Origin: a bacterium
GTDB lineage: Bacteria > Chlamydiota > Chlamydiia > Chlamydiales > SM23-39
Assembly (NCBI GenBank): GCA_021780355.1
Contig: JAJXYX010000097.1
Coordinates: 1,594-65,593, forward strand
Direction of reading: 5' to 3'
DNA length: 64,000 bases
Shown: in pieces, positions 42,113-50,480 of the stretch
Layout: each line of letters starts with the position of its first letter
How positions within the stretch are numbered: the first letter of the stretch is position 1
Made by a program: the position numbers and the translations under genes
The notes under the pieces: generated by a model
Seen by the model: the letters and a program-made list of their open reading frames with translations, nothing else
Database searches by the model: none
What the model was told of the DNA's origin: nothing

Positions 42113-43194
42113 GATTTGCCCTCATTCAGCGCATGAAGACGAGTTACGCTGGCCAGCCAAAGAAGTGGATGGGGAAGTAAAAATGCCATCGTCGCAGCTA
42201 TCGGAAATGCCTTGAGCCCCTTTCCTAAAAAATAACTGATTAAGACAAGAAGCGTCCAGCTTGCAGCGTAAAGCAGAGGCGTTTTTCGAGGGTTTCTTCC
42301 CATTTGAATCCCGAAAGCGCATCCTAAAAAAGTAAAGCTAAACACCGCCGCGCTTAAACTATAACGTCGCAAAGCTTCAATCCTTGCCAATCTCTCTTGT
42401 TTAGGCCCCTCCTTCATTTGCAAGAAAAGAGCCTGCAAACTGAGCGCATTCGCCTCCATATTCGGTCGTTTCTTTTTTAAAGCAAGCGAGAGAAGCGGAG
42501 CTGATGTTGACATCGTCTTTTGATTTTCCAACAAAGTGCAATCAAACCCTTCCGCTTCATTTCCCGGCAAATGAGATAAAATCGCTGTTTGCTTTCCGAG
42601 CAACTCATCTTTTTCGATTGATAGTTTTTGCGCCTTAATAAGATTAAGCCTCTCATTATTCTCATTATAAGTGATGCAAATGAAATCTTTCGCTCTTTGT
42701 CCTTCCTCTTGCACATCCAAATCCAAATAGGTATTTCTAATCTTAGCCAATTGCTGTCTTTGGAGTAGCACAAGAGGGTTCACAGAGGTTTTTCGATAAA
42801 GAAGTGTTTTGGTTTCGCGTCTGCAATAGGGCGCTAAACTCGCGCATATCGAAAAATTAGCAAGGCTCAAAAACAAAGAGATCCAAAGCAAAGGGGCAAT
42901 CGAAGAAAAAAGCCCCACCCCAGACGCCCGTAGCGCCGTAAGCTCATGGCTGCGGCTCAATCTTTGAAATAAAAGAAACGACGCAATCAGCGCCGAAATC
43001 GGAAGCGCAATAGGTAAAATATGAGGAAATTGATAAAGGATAAACAACGTAGTTTTCATCCCATCCGCGCTCAAAGCAGCAAAACGGGCGATATCTTTGA
43101 ACCGCAAAACAAACAGCACACCCACAAATGAGCCCACAGACAGAAAAAAAACGCGCAAATAGCTAAATAAAAGATAGCGCCATAAAATAGGCAT
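42109..43194 (-). CDS. LptF/LptG-family LPS export permease (YjgP/YjgQ), upstream member
   Basis: 361 aa. The N-terminal ILWRYLLFSYLRVFFLSVGSF is typical of the family, with the same TM/periplasmic architecture. Confidence 0.7.
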   Translation of the reverse strand: MPILWRYLLFSYLRVFFLSVGSFVGVLFVLRFKDIARFAALSADGMKTTLFILYQFPHILPIALPISALIASFLLFQRLSRSHELTALRASGVGLFSSIAPLLWISLFLSLANFSICASLAPYCRRETKTLLYRKTSVNPLVLLQRQQLAKIRNTYLDLDVQEEGQRAKDFICITYNENNERLNLIKAQKLSIEKDELLGKQTAILSHLPGNEAEGFDCTLLENQKTMSTSAPLLSLALKKKRPNMEANALSLQALFLQMKEGPKQERLARIEALRRYSLSAAVFSFTFLGCAFGIQMGRNPRKTPLLYAASWTLLVLISYFLGKGLKAFPIAATMAFLLPHPLLWLASVTRLHALNEGKS

Positions 43195-43220
43195 GTATGA
43201 ACCTGTCGAAGTTTTTTTTC

Positions 43221-43350
43221 TAAGGGCTTCGCCCTTAAGAACCCACCAAAGGGCTGTCGCCCTTTGGAATCCCCTTTGATTTTATATAAAAAACAATAGG
43301 AGTCCAGAGGACGAAGTCCTTTGGTGGGTTGTTAAGGGCGAAGCCCTTAA
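43221..43350. repeat. Family-2 composite-hairpin element, complete subtype-b copy (130 bp)
   Basis: TAAGGGCTTCGCCCTTAAGAACCCACCAAAGGGCTGTCGCCCTTTGGAATCCC-CTTTGATTTTATATAAAAAACAATA-GGAGTCCAGAGGACGAAGTCCTTTGGTGGGTTGTTAAGGGCGAAGCCCTTAA, in the divergent lptF / tilS spacer. Confidence 0.9.
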
Positions 43351-43421
43351 ATAGAGGTGAGTTCCTAGATTATTTAGCATAAATTGTGTTAAAATTGCAA
43401 TTTTGCAAACAACAATTCATT

Positions 43422-44681
43422 ATGATGTCTTTAACTTGCCAGGTGCTAAAATTTTTAGATGAGCATTGGGATCGAACAAGTCCTCTTTTGTTGGGGTATT
43501 CAGGAGGACCTGATTCTAAGGCTTTGCTTTACCTTCTTCTTGAAGCGGGAGTTCGTCCCCATTTGGCGCATGTGGATCATGGGTGGAGAGAGGAGAGTGC
43601 AGCGGAAGCTCAAGCGTTGAGAGAAGAGGCTGATGGTTTGGGTCTTCCTTTTCATACGGTCAGATTGGAGCCGGAGCCTAGCGAATTAGCGGCTAGAGAA
43701 AAACGGTTGGGTTTTTTTTCTTCTTTATTTGAAAAGATCCCTTTTCAGGCCCTTTTGCTCGCTCATCAGGCGGATGATTGGGCTGAGACGGCGCTTAAGA
43801 GGGTTCTTGAGGGGGCTCATTTAGTGTATTTAAGCGGAATGAAGCCGATTTCTTCTTTGCGGGGGATGACGATTTGGCGGCCTTTGCTTTCGATCGCTCG
43901 CCGAGATTTGTTGCGTGATTTGGAAAGAAGAGGGTTGAAGGCGATTGAAGATGCTACGAATAGGGATCCTGCGTATTTAAGGGCGAGGATGAGAGTCGAG
44001 ATGCTGCCTGCTTTATCTAGCTCTTTTGGCAAAGAGGTTTCTGGCAATCTTGCCCTTTTGGCTAAGCGTTCTTTGCAGCTGCACGATTATTTAGATAGGA
44101 AAACGGAAGAAGCTTTTGCCCAGCTGCAAAAAGGGCCTTGGGGCTGGGTTTTGCCCCCGAGTTCTCTTGAACCTTTGGAAATATGCCACCTTTTACAGAG
44201 ATTAAAGTTGAATTTGAGCCGGACTGTGCTGGAGGGGCTTGCCGATGCTTTGGCAAAAAAGCTGGCCCACCGCTCGTTTGGCCCTCGCTTACTGGCGGAT
44301 AGGGGGTATTTTTTTTACTTGGCAGAAACATTTCCTAGGTTTGCGGAGCCTGTCGTTTTGCGAGAGGGGGTTTTTTATTCTGGAGATTGGCGGGTTGAAA
44401 TTTCTTCTTTAAAGAAAAAGGCGAGTACGTGGCTTGACTTTTTCTTAGGGGAAGCTTCTTTCACTGTTCCTGCTGGCAGCTATCAAGTTGGTCTGCAAGA
44501 AGCGGGAGACCGCTTGGAGGCTAAAAAGCTCTGTCAACAAAAAATTCCAGCTTTTTTAAGGCCCCATGTTCCTCATCTTTATGGCCAAGAGGGGTGGGTG
44601 TCCGATTTGTTTAGTTTGCAGTCTCTTGAGGGCTATAGTGTTCGATTTTCTTGCGATACAAATCACTTTTGTTCAGTATAA
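43422..44681 (+). CDS. tilS: tRNA(Ile)-lysidine synthase
   Basis: PP-loop LLGYSGGPDSKAL and downstream HVDHGWREES. The start is set at ATG 43422 (MMSLT) rather than GTG 43386. Confidence 0.85.
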   Translation: MMSLTCQVLKFLDEHWDRTSPLLLGYSGGPDSKALLYLLLEAGVRPHLAHVDHGWREESAAEAQALREEADGLGLPFHTVRLEPEPSELAAREKRLGFFSSLFEKIPFQALLLAHQADDWAETALKRVLEGAHLVYLSGMKPISSLRGMTIWRPLLSIARRDLLRDLERRGLKAIEDATNRDPAYLRARMRVEMLPALSSSFGKEVSGNLALLAKRSLQLHDYLDRKTEEAFAQLQKGPWGWVLPPSSLEPLEICHLLQRLKLNLSRTVLEGLADALAKKLAHRSFGPRLLADRGYFFYLAETFPRFAEPVVLREGVFYSGDWRVEISSLKKKASTWLDFFLGEASFTVPAGSYQVGLQEAGDRLEAKKLCQQKIPAFLRPHVPHLYGQEGWVSDLFSLQSLEGYSVRFSCDTNHFCSV

Positions 44682-44784
44682 TGAAAGTTTTTTCTCTTTA
44701 GATCGGAGACAATTTATCTTTTTTTTGCTATGAGCTGATTTTTGGCGATGAGACCTTTACTTTTATGGTGTAAAGGTGCTTTAA

Positions 44785-44813
44785 TTGACCCGACATATTT
44801 ATGATTATACACT
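44785..44813 (+). promoter_or_regulatory. Candidate sigma-70-type promoter for ftsH
   Basis: TTGACC, then 17 nt, then TACACT, 72 nt upstream of the ftsH ATG. Pattern match only. Confidence 0.3.
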
Positions 44814-44884
44814 TAAGAGCTCGTATCCTACGTGGGAACATGGTTGGGATGGGGGCCTGTTTATTTGAATAAGGCGGCTTACGC

Positions 44885-47611
44885 ATGAAACCAGACGCGA
44901 AAAAGAGTTTTCCTGGAGGATTTTTTTTAGTTCTCTTGGCGGCTATTTTGATCATTTTTGGCATTCAGACTTTTACTTCAAATCGAGAAGCGACAGTCTC
45001 TTTTAGCCATCAAGTTGAGCATTTGATCAACTTGGATTTGACGGTTCCTGAAGAAAATCGAAAAATTGCCCAAAATGAAAATTTGGTTACATTCAGCGGA
45101 AAATTCCGCACCCAGCTCGAATCCGACAGCATAGAGCGCTACCGCTATTTAGAGCTATTGCAAGAGCACCATACACTTTCCAGCGAAGCTGCTGGACTGA
45201 CTGCTGAATTAGATACTTTGCAGAAAAATGTGCGCGATGCGGCCGATTTGTTTCTTCATCTCACAGGCACTTCTTTGTCTCGCTCAGGTTATACAGTGGT
45301 GGGTGCGTCTTATGATACAATAGATAGAGATAGCTCGATTGTGATCAGACAACTGTCAGACTCGGATGTCGTTAGCTTGCCGCTAATCCAAAAAGCGTTT
45401 AGTTTGGCTCAAAGCCAGCCTACATTTGAGCATGTAGATGTCGTAGGAAAAGAGCTGAGGGAGTTTGTGTCCCAGCTTCGCTCTCCAGCTTTGGGGATTG
45501 GCAGTGAGGAAGCGAAAGGAAAGTTAAAAGCGCTCGATCGGACGCTGCAGCAAGCGGAAGGGCAAGAGCCTGAGAGTCAGCTCCGCGTATATCGCGATGT
45601 TATTTCTGAATTGACCACGTTTATGACTTTATTAGGCGCAGAGCAAGATGGCGTAAGACTGGGAGTTTTACGCAGCGTACGCGGCTACGTGGAAGAATTA
45701 AAGCAGTACGCGCAAGTGGAGCAGAATTTGGCGAAAAACACGGCGCTCCTCGATAAATCAAGACAAAAAGTCTCTTCGGTCATTTGGTATTTTAATAACC
45801 AAGAGCTCTCGACGAGAGCATTGGAAAAGCAAGATCCAGAAGTGTATGGCCACTGGTTCGCTTCTGCTCAGCAGGAGTGGAAGAGTTTTGAACAAAATAA
45901 GGGGCTTGCCTATCGGGCGCCTGATCAAGCTCGCAACACAGTATTGGAAAGAACATTTAAAAGCCAAGAGCCTTCTCCTAACTATTTTAGCTATCTTTTG
46001 ACTGTTTTGCCGCTGCTTTTAGTGGTGCTTTTTTTATACTTTGTGTTTTCCCGCCAAATGAAAGGCGTGGGTTCGTCTGCTATGAATTTTGGTAAATCGC
46101 CGGCAAAATTGATGACGAAAGAGACGAACAAAGTCACCTTTAAAGATGTGGCTGGCGCTGATGAGGCTAAAGAAGAGCTCACTGAAATCGTCGATTTTTT
46201 AAAAGATCCTTCCAAGTTCACAGCTCTCGGCGCCCGCATCCCTAAAGGGGTGCTTTTAGTAGGTCCTCCAGGAACGGGAAAGACCTTGATCGCAAAAGCT
46301 GTTGCCGGAGAAGCGGACCGCCCCTTTTTCTCGATTTCCGGTTCTGATTTTGTGGAAATGTTTGTGGGAGTCGGAGCTAGTCGCATTCGCGATATGTTCG
46401 ACCAAGCGAAGAAAAATGCTCCTTGCATCATCTTCATGGATGAGATCGACGCTGTCGGCCGTCATCGCGGCGCTGGCATCGGCGGAGGCCATGATGAGAG
46501 AGAGCAGACTTTAAACCAGCTTCTCGTTGAGATGGATGGATTCGACACGAAAGAGGGAGTGATTTTAGTCGCCGCAACGAACCGTCCCGATATTTTAGAC
46601 CGCGCTTTATTGCGCCCCGGCCGTTTTGACCGCCGCGTGACTCTCGATCTGCCTGACATTAAAGGGCGCTATGAAATTCTTAAAGTCCACGCTCGAAGAA
46701 TTAAAATCGATTCATCGGTCGACTTGATGGATGTGGCCCGTGCTACTCCTGGCAGTTCTGGGGCTGATTTAGAAAATGTGCTCAATGAGGCAGCTCTCCT
46801 TGCTGCGCGTAAGGGACGTTCGGCTGTGACATCTGTTGAAGTGAAAGAGGCTTGCGACAAGGTTCGCTATGGTAAAGAGCGGCGCAGTCTCGAGATGGAT
46901 GAAAAAGAGAAACTAACGACAGCGTATCACGAATCGGGGCACGCGATCGCAGGTCTCGTCGTTACGCACAGCGATCCAGTGGATAAAGTCACGATCATCC
47001 CTCGCGGTTTTTCTCTCGGCGCTACCCACTTCATGCCTCAGAAAAATCGCCTCAGCTATTGGAAAAAAGAAGTTTTAGACCGTCTCATCGTTCTCTTAGG
47101 AGGGCGAGCCGCTGAAGAGATCTTTGTTCAAGATATGTCTTCCGGCGCCCAGCATGACATTACCCAAGCGACCAAAATTGCCCGCGCGATGGTTTGCGAG
47201 TGGGGCATGAGCGATACGCTCGGCACCGTTTCCTATGACGAACAGACAGAGTCCGGTCAGTATCTCGGCATGCAAAATTACCGAGAAAAGAACTACTCCG
47301 ACGAGACGGCCCGAGCCATCGACAAGGAAGTTCGTACCCTCATCGACGAGGCTCACAAGCAAGCTCTCGACCTCCTCGAAAAGAATCGAGACAAAGTTCA
47401 GCTCATGACCGACATGCTCATGGAGTTTGAAACTCTCGACGCTACAGATGTCAAAGAAATCATGGACGGCACCTGGAACGCCGATATCAAGCGAGGTCGC
47501 CTCAAAGCTGCAGATGATCTCCAAATGAAATCTCCTCCGCCTCCACCCCCCGCACCCGCAGCAGCGCCTAGCGCTTCGAATGCAACTCCTCAGCCTGGAT
47601 TGAGCTCGTAA
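44885..47611 (+). CDS. ftsH: ATP-dependent zinc metalloprotease FtsH with extended periplasmic domain
   Basis: 908 aa with two TM segments flanking a ~330-aa periplasmic insert. The AAA module has GPPGTGKT and IIFMDEIDA. The zinc site is in YHESGHAI. The C-terminal tail is Pro/Ala-rich. Confidence 0.95.
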   Translation: MKPDAKKSFPGGFFLVLLAAILIIFGIQTFTSNREATVSFSHQVEHLINLDLTVPEENRKIAQNENLVTFSGKFRTQLESDSIERYRYLELLQEHHTLSSEAAGLTAELDTLQKNVRDAADLFLHLTGTSLSRSGYTVVGASYDTIDRDSSIVIRQLSDSDVVSLPLIQKAFSLAQSQPTFEHVDVVGKELREFVSQLRSPALGIGSEEAKGKLKALDRTLQQAEGQEPESQLRVYRDVISELTTFMTLLGAEQDGVRLGVLRSVRGYVEELKQYAQVEQNLAKNTALLDKSRQKVSSVIWYFNNQELSTRALEKQDPEVYGHWFASAQQEWKSFEQNKGLAYRAPDQARNTVLERTFKSQEPSPNYFSYLLTVLPLLLVVLFLYFVFSRQMKGVGSSAMNFGKSPAKLMTKETNKVTFKDVAGADEAKEELTEIVDFLKDPSKFTALGARIPKGVLLVGPPGTGKTLIAKAVAGEADRPFFSISGSDFVEMFVGVGASRIRDMFDQAKKNAPCIIFMDEIDAVGRHRGAGIGGGHDEREQTLNQLLVEMDGFDTKEGVILVAATNRPDILDRALLRPGRFDRRVTLDLPDIKGRYEILKVHARRIKIDSSVDLMDVARATPGSSGADLENVLNEAALLAARKGRSAVTSVEVKEACDKVRYGKERRSLEMDEKEKLTTAYHESGHAIAGLVVTHSDPVDKVTIIPRGFSLGATHFMPQKNRLSYWKKEVLDRLIVLLGGRAAEEIFVQDMSSGAQHDITQATKIARAMVCEWGMSDTLGTVSYDEQTESGQYLGMQNYREKNYSDETARAIDKEVRTLIDEAHKQALDLLEKNRDKVQLMTDMLMEFETLDATDVKEIMDGTWNADIKRGRLKAADDLQMKSPPPPPPAPAAAPSASNATPQPGLSS

Positions 47612-47627
47612 GGGCTCTCCTCAAAGC

Positions 47628-47672
47628 GGGGCTCCGCCCCGCCCCCGCCAAAGGACTCAATCTCTGGACTCC
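47628..47672. repeat. Family-2 element, single arm (subtype c)
   Basis: GGGGCTCCGCCCCGCCCCCGCCAAAGGACTCAATCTCTGGACTCC, 17 nt after the ftsH stop. Confidence 0.75.
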
Positions 47673-47688
47673 TGCTCTTTTTTTGATA

Positions 47689-47715
47689 ATCTTCCGAGAC
47701 GGAAGATTTATTTTT
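47689..47715 (+). terminator. Rho-independent terminator after ftsH
   Basis: ATCTTCCG-AGA-CGGAAGAT followed by TTATTTTT. Confidence 0.7.
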
Positions 47716-47740
47716 AGCGCTCGACACAGTTGAGTGCTAG
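47714..47740 (+). promoter_or_regulatory. CIRCE element (HrcA operator)
   Basis: TTAGCGCTC-GACACAGTT-GAGTGCTAG versus the consensus TTAGCACTC-N9-GAGTGCTAA gives 16/18 matches with the exact 9-nt spacer. It lies 78 nt upstream of the hsp20 ATG. Confidence 0.8.
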
Positions 47741-47817
47741 ACAAAAAACAGCCTTATTTTTATCATGGGTTTTGTTAGAAACAACGAAACCTGCCGGGGA
47801 CGGCAAAGGAGATCAAA

Positions 47818-48219
47818 ATGAAACGTGGTATGTTGCCTTTCTTTTTAGATGAAGTATTTGACGACTATCGAACAAGTCCCATATTGGCTGATATAAAAGC
47901 GGTGCAATCGGATGTGTCGATTTCTGAAGATGAAGACCGCCTTTATATTAGAGCTCATGTTCCGGGTGTTAAAATGGATCAGATCCATGTAACTTTTGAA
48001 AAAGGAGTTTTGTGGATTAAAGCTGAAGCTCAAGAAGAAGAAAAAGGGGAAAAGTATTTATGCAAAGTCAATAGCAGCTTTTCTTATCGAGTTCCTATTC
48101 CTGTCCGCGTGGACGAGCAAACGGTTCCGCAAGCTACTTGTAAAGATGGACTCTTAAAAGTAACTTTCTTAAAAAGTAAAGCTTCCCGCCCTGTGAAAAT
48201 CGCTATTAAAGAAGGGTGA
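47818..48219 (+). CDS. Small heat-shock protein (Hsp20/alpha-crystallin family)
   Basis: 133 aa with AAGGAG RBS. The alpha-crystallin domain reads DISEDEDRLYIRAHVPGVKMDQIHVTFEKGVLWIKAE...SFSYRVPIP...ATCKDGLLKVTFLK. Confidence 0.85.
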   Translation: MKRGMLPFFLDEVFDDYRTSPILADIKAVQSDVSISEDEDRLYIRAHVPGVKMDQIHVTFEKGVLWIKAEAQEEEKGEKYLCKVNSSFSYRVPIPVRVDEQTVPQATCKDGLLKVTFLKSKASRPVKIAIKEG

Positions 48220-48248
48220 AGAGGTTGTATTTTGATTAAAATTGATTT

Positions 48249-48282
48249 CAAAGGGGCTTTTTGAGCCCCTTTGTGTTTTTTT
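48249..48282 (+). terminator. Rho-independent terminator after hsp20
   Basis: CAAAGGGGC-TTTTTGA-GCCCCTTTG followed by TGTTTTTTT. Confidence 0.8.
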
Positions 48283-48319
48283 GAAGATTTTGATCTATTA
48301 AATGCTGTAAAAAAAATTA

Positions 48320-50131
48320 TCAAGATCCCTTGGCAAAGCGGCCGAATTTGGGGTTGACGAGTGTAATCAAATCATGAGATTGCATGACGATCGACTCGGT
48401 GAGTAATCCGCAGTTGAAAGCAGCTCTTTCATGACTCACGATCTGCTCATCGAAATAAGTATCGAGGTTTAGCAGTTGCCCAAAAGGAGGGATGCCTCCA
48501 ATCTTGAGTCCATAGCGCTCTTCTAAGACGGCTGGATCTTCGAACTCACATTTTTCACCGACTGCTTCTGCAACGGCCTTCATGTCGAGTTTTAAATGAG
48601 AAGGAATATTGAATTGGTAGTTTTTCTTAGTCGACTTGCCTCGAAGAACTAACGCTTTAACCCCTTCTGCCATTGAAGTGCCTCGCACGCGAGCAGAATC
48701 TTCGGATGTTGGCGTCGCTTCGTGCTGCTGATGATCAAATGGCATCTTGTGCAAATGTAAAAGCCGGATGATCTCGTTGCGCACAGTTTCGGGGCCGAAA
48801 AAGAATTTAGCCTTAATCCGATTCCCTGCGATCCTTTTCGTATCGGAGGGGAAAAGCGAAGCTTCTCGAATATTTCTCAGTTTCAAAAGCGTCATCGTGA
48901 GCCTTTCAAGGCCCATCCCAAAGCCTCCATGCACCGGCATGCCGTATTCAAAAATGCTTAGATAATCAGGAAAGTTGGCCGGATCCATCTCTTTGCCGCG
49001 GATCCCTTCTAGCATCGAAGCATACGTATGTCGTCTTTGCCCGCCCGATGTAATCTCCGTGCCCGCGCAAAGTAAATCAAAGGTATTTGTCAGCGTAGGA
49101 TCTTCTTCTTTAGGATAAGCATAGAAAGGTCTCTTTTCTGCCTTCCAATCGGTAATAAAGACAAGATCTGTTCCCTTCTCTTCTCGCGCCCATGCACATA
49201 AATCTCTTTCAGCTGCAGGACTAAGATCAGGTTCTCCTTTTTCGTCAACTCCTGTTCTTTTAAAATACAGTTCCTGCGCCTCTTTAAACGTAAGCCGTGG
49301 AAAAGGGACATCTTTTGGCGCCAAAACAATCTTTCCGCCTAGTACATCAATTTCCGCCTGAGCATGCTGATGAAGGTATTCTAAAATGAACTTAACGCAG
49401 CCTTCTTGAATATCTAAAATCTCATGCCAGTGGGTAAAAAATCCCATTTCAAATTCAAACTGTTTCCCTTCTGATAAGTGTCTTGTCGTCTGGGAAGGTT
49501 CCGCTCTAAAAAAAGGCATCAGCGCAAAGACCCTCTCATTCACTCCAACCATAATCTGTTTATACAGCTGGCTGCTTTGGGCCAATGTCGCTGTATATCC
49601 AAAATAATCGACATTAAAAAATTCCGCTCCCCCTTCCGAAGAAGCTCCAATGATATTGGGCGCAAAATACTCCACTGCCTGCACATGATCATGCATATAC
49701 AAACGGTAAGCATGAACAATTTCCGCCTGAATTCTAAACACCGCCGCCAGCTCTCTATTCCTAAGCGAAATCGGCCGATGATCCAAAATCACTTCTAAAT
49801 CGCTTCTAATCTGAGGTTTATAATATTCAATCGGAGGCACTGCATGAATAGGATTTTCCACTTCAATTAAAGCGTCGACAATTTCCATCCCTTGATTTGC
49901 TTCTCTCGACTCAATCACCTTGCCTTTCACAGACAAAATCGAACCGGGCTGCAAATTCTCTATCTTTTTGCACTCTTCCTTATCTTCCACCACAATCTGC
50001 ATAAATCCAGATCGGTCGCGTACAATTAAAAAGGTAAGTTTACCAAATGAGCGAGTCGTATTCAGCCAACCTTTCACTAGCACAGGTTGACCTACATGTT
50101 GAGACAATTGTCGAGCTAAAATTCTTTGCAT
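48320..50131 (-). CDS. aspS: Archaeal/eukaryal-type (type 2) aspartyl-tRNA synthetase fused to a C-terminal YbaK/ProX-like aminoacyl-tRNA deacylase domain
   Basis: The start is set at MQRILARQL (50131). The 43 upstream in-frame codons of the track ORF are translated repeat sequence. The protein has an OB-fold anticodon domain (VLVKGWLNTTRSFGKLTFLIVRDRSGFMQIVV), QSSQLYKQ (the AspRS QSPQ-type motif), motif 2 FRAEPSQTTRHLSEGKQFEFEM and motif 3 GGFGMGLERLTMTLL, with no GAD insertion. The last ~165 aa (GVKALVLRGKSTKK...GLKIGGIPPFG...AAFNCGLL) look like a YbaK-family domain. Confidence 0.8.
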   Translation of the reverse strand: MQRILARQLSQHVGQPVLVKGWLNTTRSFGKLTFLIVRDRSGFMQIVVEDKEECKKIENLQPGSILSVKGKVIESREANQGMEIVDALIEVENPIHAVPPIEYYKPQIRSDLEVILDHRPISLRNRELAAVFRIQAEIVHAYRLYMHDHVQAVEYFAPNIIGASSEGGAEFFNVDYFGYTATLAQSSQLYKQIMVGVNERVFALMPFFRAEPSQTTRHLSEGKQFEFEMGFFTHWHEILDIQEGCVKFILEYLHQHAQAEIDVLGGKIVLAPKDVPFPRLTFKEAQELYFKRTGVDEKGEPDLSPAAERDLCAWAREEKGTDLVFITDWKAEKRPFYAYPKEEDPTLTNTFDLLCAGTEITSGGQRRHTYASMLEGIRGKEMDPANFPDYLSIFEYGMPVHGGFGMGLERLTMTLLKLRNIREASLFPSDTKRIAGNRIKAKFFFGPETVRNEIIRLLHLHKMPFDHQQHEATPTSEDSARVRGTSMAEGVKALVLRGKSTKKNYQFNIPSHLKLDMKAVAEAVGEKCEFEDPAVLEERYGLKIGGIPPFGQLLNLDTYFDEQIVSHERAAFNCGLLTESIVMQSHDLITLVNPKFGRFAKGS

Positions 50132-50154
50132 AACACATCTGTTGTTTAAACGTC

Positions 50155-50460
50155 TTGGGGCCCTGCCCCAAACCCCGCCAAAGGACTTCGTCCTTTGGAA
50201 TCCTGAGTTTGTTGAGGGATTATAGCACGATGGGATTTTCTTGACTGTTAGTTTATGCAAGACTTCGTCTTGTATAAACTAAAAAAATAAGCAGATTTCA
50301 AAGAACTTCGCCTTGAAATTCTGAATTTGTTAAGGGATCATGGCATGAGGGGATTTTCTTAACTATTAGTTTATGCAAGACTCCGTCTTGCATAAACTAA
50401 AAAAAACAAATAGGATTCCAAAGGACGAAGTCCTTTGGCGGGGCATGGGGCAGCGCCCCA
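50155..50460. repeat. Family-2 element (subtype c), expanded copy with 2 x 120-bp internal tandem duplication
   Basis: The arms are TTGGGGCCCTGCCCCAAACCCCGCCAAAGGACTTCGTCCTTTGG and CCAAAGGACGAAGTCCTTTGGCGGGGCATGGGGCAGCGCCCC. Internal units start at 50179, 50299 and 50419 (CAAAGGAC / CAAAGAAC / CAAAGGAC), giving a 120-bp period. Each unit carries GGGATTTTCTT(G/A)ACT(G/A)TTAGTTTATGCAAGAC-TYCG-TCTTG(T/C)ATAAACTAAAAAAA. Confidence 0.85.
50219..50227 (-). promoter_or_regulatory. Extended -10 box (TGCTATAAT) inside the expanded repeat, facing aspS
   Basis: The minus strand reads CGTGCTATAATCCC. No good -35 is present. A transcript from here would start about 85-90 nt upstream of the aspS ATG. The second repeat unit has a degenerate version (TGCCATGAT). 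Confidence 0.3.
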
Positions 50461-50480
50461 TAAAAAACCCCGCGAATCGA

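Noticed and set aside
45991-47524. 148-aa and 142-aa minus-strand ORFs plus smaller ones
   Set aside because: They are antisense to ftsH. The composition mirrors the sense-strand codon bias, and there is no independent support.
50132-50260. 43-codon N-terminal extension of the aspS ORF as given in the track (start 50260)
   Set aside because: The extension is the in-frame translation of a family-2 repeat arm (…GFQRTKSFGGVWGRAP…). AspRS homology begins at MQRILARQL (50131).
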